DNA from: a virus
Lineage: Duplodnaviria > Caudoviricetes
Direction: 5' to 3' (one strand)
Virus record (IMG/VR): IMGVR_UViG_2848092901_000003
Coordinates: 1 to 64,000 of that record
Length of the DNA: 64,000 nucleotides
The translations under genes were made by a program, and so were the position numbers. The notes beneath the pieces were generated by a model. It had not been told where the DNA came from and searched no databases. It saw only the letters and a list, made by a program, of their open reading frames with translations. Positions 56,139-64,000 of the stretch are shown here, piece by piece (the stretch's first letter is position 1; each line of letters opens with the position of its first letter).

Positions 56139-57845
56139 TTACTTGCGATATGTCAAAACCGCTTCTTTTATCTCATTTTCAATCGCATCTAAAAATTCTT
56201 TCTTAGAGGATTTACCCTGAGCAATATCAGATAATTCCATTTCCCACTTTGCTGTCGTTTCTGCCGACTTAAAGGTATCTGCTACAATCGTTACAAGGCT
56301 GATTCCTTTATGCGTTGCAATTAGATTCTTCTTATCTCTTTCGACAAATCTCTTAAAGATTAGATTTTCAATAATTCCTGCCCTTGTTGCCGGAGTGCCA
56401 AGACCTTTTCTTTCCACCTCTACACCTTTTTCTAAGGCATCATTTCCCGCAATCTCCATAGACTTTAAGAGCGTATCTTCAGTAAAGTGTTTCGGAGGTT
56501 GGGTAAATTTTTCTTTAACCTCTTTATTTTCAACGCTCAAAACATCACCAACACTTACATCGGGCAATACAGCATCTTCACTCTTTTTTGATTTGTATTC
56601 TTTAAGGTATTTGCTAAAGCCTTCATCCTTAATTACCTTACCTGAACTTGTAAATTCAAAACCGTCAAATGAAGCTACAATCTTTGTTGTATTTTCAATA
56701 AGCGGATAGCCTACACTTGCATGAAATTTATCGGATATAAGGAAGTAAACTTTTGCTTCACTTAAAGGTAATTCAGAAACATCTTCTTTTACTGAACTGA
56801 TTGTCGGTATGATTGCATGATGGTCCGTAACCTTTTTAGAGTTAAATACTACCTTGATACGCTCTGTATCAAAGTCATTTTTACCCAAAATGTTGTTGAC
56901 TGTACTCACAATCATATCCTCTGTTAAACATCTGCTGTCTGTTCTGGGGTAAGTAATCAGTTTCTTTTCATACAGGCTTTGAGTATAGTCAAGTGTCTGC
57001 TTGGCACTATATCCAAAATATTTATTGCACTCCCTTTGAAGCGTAGTTAGGTCAAAAGGTAAATCAGGCTTTGTAATTTTTTCTTTTTGAATAACATCAG
57101 TAATTTCAATCTTATCGCCTACTAAACTTATAAGCTGTTCAGCAGCAACTTCATCATCAATTCTGTCTGTGGAGAGTGTAAATCCATTCATAGAAAGCTC
57201 TACTGTGTAATATTTTTCTTTCTGATAATTTGCTATCTCATCATCTCTTTTTACAATCATGGCAAGGGTAGGTGTCTGCACTCTGCCAACACTGTAATTT
57301 TGCTGATACAGACAAGAGTAGAGCCTACTAATATTCATTCCGACTAACCAATCCGCAATAGCTCTTGCCTGTGCCGATTCAAAGAGATTATCATAGTCTT
57401 TTCCGTCTGTTAGGTTATCAAAACCCTCTTTAATGGCACTATCTTCCATTGAAGAAATCCAAAGGCGTTTCATCTTCTTTTTACAATTCACTTGATTATA
57501 TACAAGTCTAAAAATACTTTCTCCCTCACGCCCTGCATCGCACGCATTGATAACCGTATCAACCTCCTTATCATTCATCAGCTTTTTAAGGATGTTAAAC
57601 TGCTTCTTGGTTGCCTTTGCTACTTCATACTTGTAGTCGCTCGGAATAATCGGTAAATCAGCCATATTCCACTTGGCGTACTTTTCATCATAAGCATCCG
57701 GATTTGCCATTTGAATTAGGTGTCCAACGCACCAGCTCACCCTATATCCGTTTCCTTCATAATATCCGTCTTTCTTTTTATTTGCTCCAATAACCTTTGC
57801 AATGGAGATTGCAACACTCGGCTTTTCTGCAATAACTAACTTCAT
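56139..57845 (-). CDS. topB: Type IA DNA topoisomerase III of the ICE
   Basis: IAEKPS, DAGREGE, GRVQTPTL, ITYPRTDS, GLGTPATR. Confidence 0.93.
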   Translation of the reverse strand: MKLVIAEKPSVAISIAKVIGANKKKDGYYEGNGYRVSWCVGHLIQMANPDAYDEKYAKWNMADLPIIPSDYKYEVAKATKKQFNILKKLMNDKEVDTVINACDAGREGESIFRLVYNQVNCKKKMKRLWISSMEDSAIKEGFDNLTDGKDYDNLFESAQARAIADWLVGMNISRLYSCLYQQNYSVGRVQTPTLAMIVKRDDEIANYQKEKYYTVELSMNGFTLSTDRIDDEVAAEQLISLVGDKIEITDVIQKEKITKPDLPFDLTTLQRECNKYFGYSAKQTLDYTQSLYEKKLITYPRTDSRCLTEDMIVSTVNNILGKNDFDTERIKVVFNSKKVTDHHAIIPTISSVKEDVSELPLSEAKVYFLISDKFHASVGYPLIENTTKIVASFDGFEFTSSGKVIKDEGFSKYLKEYKSKKSEDAVLPDVSVGDVLSVENKEVKEKFTQPPKHFTEDTLLKSMEIAGNDALEKGVEVERKGLGTPATRAGIIENLIFKRFVERDKKNLIATHKGISLVTIVADTFKSAETTAKWEMELSDIAQGKSSKKEFLDAIENEIKEAVLTYRK

Positions 57846-57939
57846 CTGTGTTTTCCTCCTGTTATAAATCAAAATAGGGCGAAAGATGTTACTCTCCCGC
57901 CCTAACTTTGCACCCAAAATAATATGTTTTTAGGTGCGT

Positions 57940-59481
57940 TTATTCTTCATCTTCTACTTCATCTGCATCATTTATTTCTTCCTCGCTTTCAGATTCAGAA
58001 AAGAAATCATCATCTTCCTCCTCTAAGGCTTCAAGTTCTTTATCTTCTTTCTTTTTCACAACCTTAAAATAGTAGCCTGCTCCTAATGCACCACCTACTA
58101 CAAGAAGCAAAATAATATAGGTTCCTAAATTACTCTTTTCGTCCTTCTTCTCAGGCTTTACTTCTTCCTTAACAGGTTCTTCTTTTACTACTTCCTGCTT
58201 TGGTGCTTCTTTTTTCTCCACCATGTTAAGCAAATCATCTTCAGATACTTCCGTAAGAAGCATTACATTCTCACTATCTTCATCATGATTGATGATTAAA
58301 TGAAAAGTCTTACCGTTTTTCGTTTGAAAGGTAATAAACTGCCTTGCATCTGCCGAATACTGATCCGTTTCTTTGTTATCGCTGCTATCTCCATGATGAA
58401 TCGGATACTCCTTATTTGCATTATCTTTATTCTCCGTAACGGATGCTCTCGCCTTTGACGGAGATGAAGCTACTCCCTTGTTGGTGTTTACACTCTTACT
58501 TGCAGACCCCATTGATGAATCCTGACTGTTATTCGCAGGAGCTTTTGCCGTCAACTTATTGGGATAGCGAACTTCCTTTTCTTTCTCCTTTACTTCCGTT
58601 TTGCCTTTACCGGTATCCTTTGTAGTATTACCTGAGCTTACCGAATCCGATGAGCCTTTACCGGTACTACTTACAGAAGTCTGTGGTGTTTGAGGAGAAA
58701 TACCTGAACTTGTCTTAATTCCGGAAATAGGACTAATCGGTGTAACTGATTGTGATGTTACAGGAGCTTTATTTGTTTCAGTTGCCTTTTTCTCAAGCTC
58801 TTTCACCTTTTCCGTCAGCTTATCTATTTCCTTTTTCATATCTTCTGATAAGTCCTTATTTCCCTTATCTTTCTTCATTTTTTCTTTCAGGCTATCAATT
58901 TCATCTTCAAGGTCTTTAATTTTATTCTTTTGCTTATCACTTAATTTGTCTTTGTCCTTAAGTTCGCAATTTAACTTATCAAGTTTATCCTGAAGCTCTT
59001 TTGCCTCTTTTTCTATTTTTGAAATATCGTCTTTAGAAAGCTCTGTCTGCGTTCCCTTATCTTCTGTCTGAGTGCATTCATCCTGCTTTGGCTTTTCTTC
59101 TTCCGTCTGCGTTTCCTTATCCTTAACCTCCATCTTTGCTACCTTACGGATAATCTCATCTTTTCCATCTCCCTTTACCTCATAAAACAGAAATTCATCA
59201 ATGAATTTCATATCATCTGGGAGCATTGGAAGATCTCCGCTATCAATAAGTTGTCCTTTCTCAGCCTTTATCTTTTCTTCCTTAAAGACCTTTTCATCTT
59301 CAAAGATATACCTTACATTTACTTCAACTTCCGTTTGAACAGCTTCGTTTTTTGTTGGAGCTTCAGATTTTTGCTCCTGTGCATAAACAACCGTCCAAAG
59401 ACCTAAAATACAACTAATACTTACAATTACCGCAAGTGCTACCGTCCAAAACTTATTATTCTTTTTCAAACTGGTTTTCAT
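57940..59481 (-). CDS. DUF4366 (CD1107-like) membrane protein
   Basis: N-terminal signal/TM, coiled coil, RQFITFQTKNGKTFHLII, C-terminal TM and acidic tail. Confidence 0.8.
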   Translation of the reverse strand: MKTSLKKNNKFWTVALAVIVSISCILGLWTVVYAQEQKSEAPTKNEAVQTEVEVNVRYIFEDEKVFKEEKIKAEKGQLIDSGDLPMLPDDMKFIDEFLFYEVKGDGKDEIIRKVAKMEVKDKETQTEEEKPKQDECTQTEDKGTQTELSKDDISKIEKEAKELQDKLDKLNCELKDKDKLSDKQKNKIKDLEDEIDSLKEKMKKDKGNKDLSEDMKKEIDKLTEKVKELEKKATETNKAPVTSQSVTPISPISGIKTSSGISPQTPQTSVSSTGKGSSDSVSSGNTTKDTGKGKTEVKEKEKEVRYPNKLTAKAPANNSQDSSMGSASKSVNTNKGVASSPSKARASVTENKDNANKEYPIHHGDSSDNKETDQYSADARQFITFQTKNGKTFHLIINHDEDSENVMLLTEVSEDDLLNMVEKKEAPKQEVVKEEPVKEEVKPEKKDEKSNLGTYIILLLVVGGALGAGYYFKVVKKKEDKELEALEEEDDDFFSESESEEEINDADEVEDEE

Positions 59482-59695
59482 TTGTTTTCTCCTTTTTCAT
59501 TTCTGCTTTTTGTCTGTTTACCTTTGCTATCAAATCGCTGATTGTGATGTTGTTCTTTCTGCAAATGGCAATGATTTCTTCATTTTCAAGCTCTTCTTCA
59601 CGAATGAATAAAGGCTCCAATTCTTCATCAATCAGAGCCTTTTTATCCTTTAACTTCTTTATTCTGTTTTTTACTGTTGTAAGTTCCTTTTTCAA
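59456..59695 (-). CDS. DUF4315-like small ICE protein
   Basis: Coiled coil, ENEEIIAICR; conserved position after the CHAP gene. Confidence 0.7.
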   Translation of the reverse strand: MKKELTTVKNRIKKLKDKKALIDEELEPLFIREEELENEEIIAICRKNNITISDLIAKVNRQKAEMKKEKTNENQFEKE

Positions 59696-59706
59696 ATTGT
59701 TACCTC

Positions 59707-61839
59707 CTATTTCTTTACATTTGGCGGAAAACCGAATCCTACGGGATGGTGCTTACAAAATGTTGCTATCCAATCATCTAAGGTAGTTACTCTTATTCGA
59801 CCGATGTTATCAATCACTTTTCCATCTCCAATGTAAATACCTACATGACCATAGGTAAGCCCTGCACTGCTTCCGCTACTGCTGCTTTCAACTGCCACAA
59901 GCATTCCCACTTTTAGCTTTGACCTGTCTGATGTAAAGGTATAGTTTCGGTACATATCACAGGCATTCCCGCCTATATATCCAAGTCCTGCATTTTGATA
60001 GACCTGTGATACCCACATGGCACACCAGCCTGCACCCGGAGATGGCGTAATGTATGCAGCATTAACAATCTTCTTTTGTACTTCCGTAGATGCCTCATAC
60101 TCTTTTCCACCGCCGATACCTCCATTTGCACTGATAAGGTCAGAATTACCAAAGGCTTCTCTCATATTGCCTTGTGCAAGGAACAAGGCTTCATAGTGCT
60201 TTAGATTATCGGGATAGTTTGCAAAGACCTTTCGGATAATACTGTCCATCTCTTTTTTATGAAGCGTTACGATGAGTTTTTTATACTCATAAGGTTCTTC
60301 GTGGCTTTCGGTATATTCATTGCCATCTTCATCGGTATAGGTTTCCGTAACCGTCCTGTATCTGATTTCAATTTCTTCCCTATACTCAAGGTCATACATG
60401 GACTCAAATAATTCTTTTAATATGGATTCTACTTCCGATACACTCTTTACCTCTCCGCACCTTGATGTAATGTAGGATAAAAGCTCATGGACATTATGAC
60501 CGATGTATTCTGTATTATTTAAGATATATTCATCATATCCAGGATAATTTTCTTTCACATAGTCAACTTCACTTTGAAGCTCACCCTCCATATCTGAAAA
60601 TTTCTGATTGATTTCACTTAGGACATTTGGCTTTGATAAATAGCTTGTTGTAAGCACAGAGCTTGTAGAGTTCATAAAGCCTGTCATTCCCGTTCCTGCA
60701 AAGTTAATCACAAAAGTCCCTAAGATAATGATACCTATGAAAATAAGCATTAGTCCTTTTGCTTTTCGGATAATCATATCCTTTGAGCTTTTCAGTGTTC
60801 CGATAAGTCCCTCTTTAATTCGATCTCTAAGCCTTGACTTATTCTCACGAGAAATTGCTGCCTTTACCTGATTTTTCTTTTGAAATCTTTTATATGCACT
60901 TGCTCTTTTATACTCATCCGTCTTTTTCAGTTCCTTTTTGGCATCACGAAATTCCAACTTTGACTTACGCTTTCTGATTTTATAGTCCTTATTTGTAAGG
61001 TCATAGCCTCTTTTAGCTCTTTTCTTATCAGAGTACTTCTTTATGCCATGAATGAGCTTGGAGCTTGTATCTGCTGTCTTTTCTCCTGCTTCCACTCCTT
61101 GATTTTCATCACTTCCATGAGACAAGTAATCTCTTACAGTTTCACTTCCTTTAGCAAGTCCTGAAAGGGCAGATACCTTTACCATGTCTTTTTTTAGCTT
61201 TTTCTTTTGGTCTTTTGATAGGCTGCTATAAACTTTTCCGCTGACAGCATCTTTTCCCGCCTTTTTATCATCAGCCTTATTTCCCTTTGGTGCATCGTCC
61301 TTTTTCCTTGTATAAAGGCTTTCAGAATAGTTCTTCCTCTTGTACCTGCTTTTTTGAGTCTTATGATTTTTAAAGGAATTTTCTAATGATTTTTCTTTAT
61401 GGGAAAGATTATCCTCCACATCATAGGTCGATTCAAAATAGTTGCTGTCTCTAAAGTCATTATCGTATCTGTCTATAATCCCGTCATTATCAAGGTCTTT
61501 TCCTAAAGGATCATAGATTTTTCCATCCTTAACCTCCGTAATATAATCTGATCTTCCCGTTTCAATTGCGGAATTTACGTCTCCCTTATCTGAAGTTCTA
61601 TATTTTTCGTTTCTCTTGGATGTTCCATAAGACTTTTCATTATCAGCACTTACCTTACTTGTTTTTTCATGCACTTTATCCTGAAACCGTTCTTTCTCAT
61701 GAACGATTTTACCTCTGTAATCATCGTTATGTTTTAGCTTACTTTCTTCAGGTATCGTATCTGTTTTACTATGAAACATCTCTCTTTCAAGGCTTGCCTT
61801 ATGCCTTTCCTTAAAATCCTTTTTCAGCTTCTTTCCCAT
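59707..61839 (-). CDS. CD1108-like conjugation cell-wall hydrolase with CHAP domain
   Basis: One TM segment; C-terminal GWCAMWVSQV and YGHVGIYIG. Confidence 0.85.
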   Translation of the reverse strand: MGKKLKKDFKERHKASLEREMFHSKTDTIPEESKLKHNDDYRGKIVHEKERFQDKVHEKTSKVSADNEKSYGTSKRNEKYRTSDKGDVNSAIETGRSDYITEVKDGKIYDPLGKDLDNDGIIDRYDNDFRDSNYFESTYDVEDNLSHKEKSLENSFKNHKTQKSRYKRKNYSESLYTRKKDDAPKGNKADDKKAGKDAVSGKVYSSLSKDQKKKLKKDMVKVSALSGLAKGSETVRDYLSHGSDENQGVEAGEKTADTSSKLIHGIKKYSDKKRAKRGYDLTNKDYKIRKRKSKLEFRDAKKELKKTDEYKRASAYKRFQKKNQVKAAISRENKSRLRDRIKEGLIGTLKSSKDMIIRKAKGLMLIFIGIIILGTFVINFAGTGMTGFMNSTSSVLTTSYLSKPNVLSEINQKFSDMEGELQSEVDYVKENYPGYDEYILNNTEYIGHNVHELLSYITSRCGEVKSVSEVESILKELFESMYDLEYREEIEIRYRTVTETYTDEDGNEYTESHEEPYEYKKLIVTLHKKEMDSIIRKVFANYPDNLKHYEALFLAQGNMREAFGNSDLISANGGIGGGKEYEASTEVQKKIVNAAYITPSPGAGWCAMWVSQVYQNAGLGYIGGNACDMYRNYTFTSDRSKLKVGMLVAVESSSSGSSAGLTYGHVGIYIGDGKVIDNIGRIRVTTLDDWIATFCKHHPVGFGFPPNVKK

Positions 61840-61842
61840 AGG

Positions 61843-64000
61843 CTACCTCACTTCTTCCGGCTTGGTAGTCATCTTCTGATATAAAATTGTATCTTTCGGA
61901 AACTTATCAATGAAAGGCACAATGGTATTTCCAAAGAATAAGAGTCCCTCACCTTCATTTGAATTAGTAACATATCTGAGCTGTGGAAGTGAGATTTTAA
62001 GTTTTCTTGCAAGTATCTCCCTATCTCCTGATGCTTGATTAAGCATTAAGACAAAGTCTGTATTGTCAAAGATATTTTCTATCTCCTTACTCATAAGTAG
62101 GTCTTTGACATTCTGCGTAATACCTGTTGGAATACCTCCCCATTTACGAAATCTTTTCCAAATCTCTACGGAATAGGATGCTGTCTGCTCATCTTTTAAA
62201 AGCAAATGGAACTCGTCGATATAGTACCTTGTAGCCTTGTTTCCTCTGTTTTGTGACACCTTATTCCACACCTGATCCTGAATAACAAGCATACCGATTT
62301 TCTTTAATTGACTTCCAAGCTCCTTAATATCAAAACAAAGGAGCTTCTTATTTAAATCCACATTTGACCTGTGATTAAAGACATTGAGAGACCCCGATAC
62401 ATAGATTTCCATCTCTGTTGCCAGCTTCTTACCGACCTTTTCTTCCTGCCCTTTTAACATATCGTATAGGTCTTGAAGTATCGGCATATTGTCAGGAGTA
62501 GGATGTTCAAAATACTTTTCATAGATTTTAGGAAGGCACCTATCTATAACGGACTTTTCTTCTGCTGTAAGACCACTACCGCCTACTACAAGCTCAAGCA
62601 TACTCATGATAAAGTTTGCCTTGTCTTTCAGCGGTGCATCCCCATCACCGTAGTTCATGTTTATATCAAGAGGATTCAGGTAATCCTTCGACTTACTGCT
62701 GACCTTAATGACTTCTCCCTTAAACTGCCTTACGAGGTTTCCATACTCTCCTTCCGGATCGCAGATAATCACATCATCATCTGTTACTAAAATCGCATTT
62801 GCCATTTCTCTTTTGGCACTAAAGGACTTACCGCTGCCCGGAGTTCCGAGGATTAGACCGTTTGGGTTCTTTAATTTCTTTCTATCTGCCATAATCAGGT
62901 TATGGCTTAGGGCATTTAGTCCGTAGTAAAGACTATTACTTGAATTGATAAAAAGCTCCTCTGTGGTAAATGGCATAAATACTGCCGTTGATGAGCTTGT
63001 CAATCCTCTATCTATTTCAATCTTATTTACACCAAGAGGCAGCACGCTCACTAAACCTTGTTCCTGAGAATGGTCAAGTCTTTTCAGCTTACAGTTATGC
63101 TTATTTGCAATGGAGCTTATTTGAGCAATTGTGTTATCGAGCTTTTGCACTGTCCTTGCAAAGTTCATAAAGACGATACTTACCACAAACATTCGCTCAT
63201 CTCTTGTCTGCAAGTCTTTTAAGAGGCTCTTTACATCCTCACCATAGGTAATTAAGTCCGATGGAAGAATGTCCATATCATAACCGCTTCTTACCGCCTT
63301 CTTATTTTCCTCAATTTTCATCTTATCAATATCAGTGTTTTTTCGTTTTACCATCTTAATGGCTTCCGATTGGTCGATTGCCCTAATATGAAAGGAAATA
63401 TTGATGTTATCGTCAATATCCAAAAACTCGGATAACATCCTATCTGAAAGCTCACTGGCAAGGATTTGAAAATGACTTGTTGCTCCGATGAATTTGCCGA
63501 ACTTAAAGTATCTACTCGGTGTAAAGTTAAACTCATCAGGCACAATATATGTCTTTGTGCTTTCCCTTTTCTTTAGGTCTTTGTAGGAAAATTTAAATGT
63601 TTTATTTGGATTTAAAACATCATGAAGTATCTTTAGCCTTTCTTCTCCGTTTAGGCTTTCTGCTCTTACTCCCATACTTTTAAGACTCGATAATATATCT
63701 ATCTCCAGTCTTTCAAGTTTTGATGTTGCCTGTTCTAAATTATCCGCTTCCACTGTAAAGGTTACATACTTTGATTTTTTCAATCCGTTATTTCCCTTTA
63801 CAATCTGGCTTTTAAGCATCTCTCTAAATTCAAAGCGTATATCGTCGAAACCGTCCTTTTTATCCGGTATCTGAATTGCCGACTTCATTTCTTCGTTTCG
63901 TCCGAGCTGATTGATATATGAAAACTCAATGCTGATACTTGGATCAAAAGAGTTTAGGAAGTTTGCAAATTGATTAAAAATCAAGTCCCTATCTTCATCT
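61843..64000 (-). CDS. VirB4-like conjugation ATPase, 5'-partial
   Basis: GTPGSGKS, YYIDEFH, RKWGGIPTGITQ; frame open to the window edge. Confidence 0.93.
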   Translation of the reverse strand, partial: DEDRDLIFNQFANFLNSFDPSISIEFSYINQLGRNEEMKSAIQIPDKKDGFDDIRFEFREMLKSQIVKGNNGLKKSKYVTFTVEADNLEQATSKLERLEIDILSSLKSMGVRAESLNGEERLKILHDVLNPNKTFKFSYKDLKKRESTKTYIVPDEFNFTPSRYFKFGKFIGATSHFQILASELSDRMLSEFLDIDDNINISFHIRAIDQSEAIKMVKRKNTDIDKMKIEENKKAVRSGYDMDILPSDLITYGEDVKSLLKDLQTRDERMFVVSIVFMNFARTVQKLDNTIAQISSIANKHNCKLKRLDHSQEQGLVSVLPLGVNKIEIDRGLTSSSTAVFMPFTTEELFINSSNSLYYGLNALSHNLIMADRKKLKNPNGLILGTPGSGKSFSAKREMANAILVTDDDVIICDPEGEYGNLVRQFKGEVIKVSSKSKDYLNPLDINMNYGDGDAPLKDKANFIMSMLELVVGGSGLTAEEKSVIDRCLPKIYEKYFEHPTPDNMPILQDLYDMLKGQEEKVGKKLATEMEIYVSGSLNVFNHRSNVDLNKKLLCFDIKELGSQLKKIGMLVIQDQVWNKVSQNRGNKATRYYIDEFHLLLKDEQTASYSVEIWKRFRKWGGIPTGITQNVKDLLMSKEIENIFDNTDFVLMLNQASGDREILARKLKISLPQLRYVTNSNEGEGLLFFGNTIVPFIDKFPKDTILYQKMTTKPEEVR

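Larger units (their letters stand above)
51555..64000 (-). mobile_element. Integrative conjugative element (Tn1549/CTn-like), partial
   Basis: Co-oriented VirB4, CHAP hydrolase, DUF4315, DUF4366, TopB and methylase/helicase genes in typical ICE order; AT-rich. Confidence 0.88.

Noticed and set aside
1-64000. tRNA, rRNA and antibiotic-resistance genes
   Set aside because: None recognised by eye; a tRNAscan or AMR search was not run.

Overview
Three apparently nested mobile elements of Bacillota type. (1) 51555-64000: AT-rich, minus-strand conjugation and DNA-processing module of a Tn1549/CTn-like ICE (VirB4, CHAP hydrolase, DUF4315, DUF4366, TopB, KilA-N, giant methylase/helicase). (2) 1-51556: a GC-rich, near-complete HK97-type siphovirus prophage (Pol A/VapE replication, HNH-TerS, MetK plus two DNA methylases, amidoligase/GGCT cassettes, head, tail, GH18 tail hydrolase, lysis, two large serine recombinases, AbiH). 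It is inserted into the ICE methylase/helicase gene at methylase motif I. Its leftward arm carries a Lamassu/ABC-three-component operon, an XRE HTH, SNF2, DUF4391 and a type III Mod gene. (3) Mod is itself cut at its catalytic DPPY motif (about 155) by AT-rich DNA whose end resembles the prophage end, suggesting a third element off the left edge. The strongest leads are the shared methylase-targeting junctions, a LmuA-like protein with no recognisable effector at the repressor position, an RBS-sequestering RNA switch, a twice-repeated bipartite promoter-like motif, and a TnpV-like ORF overprinted inside the ICE helicase. All family calls come from motif recognition by eye; no searches were run.
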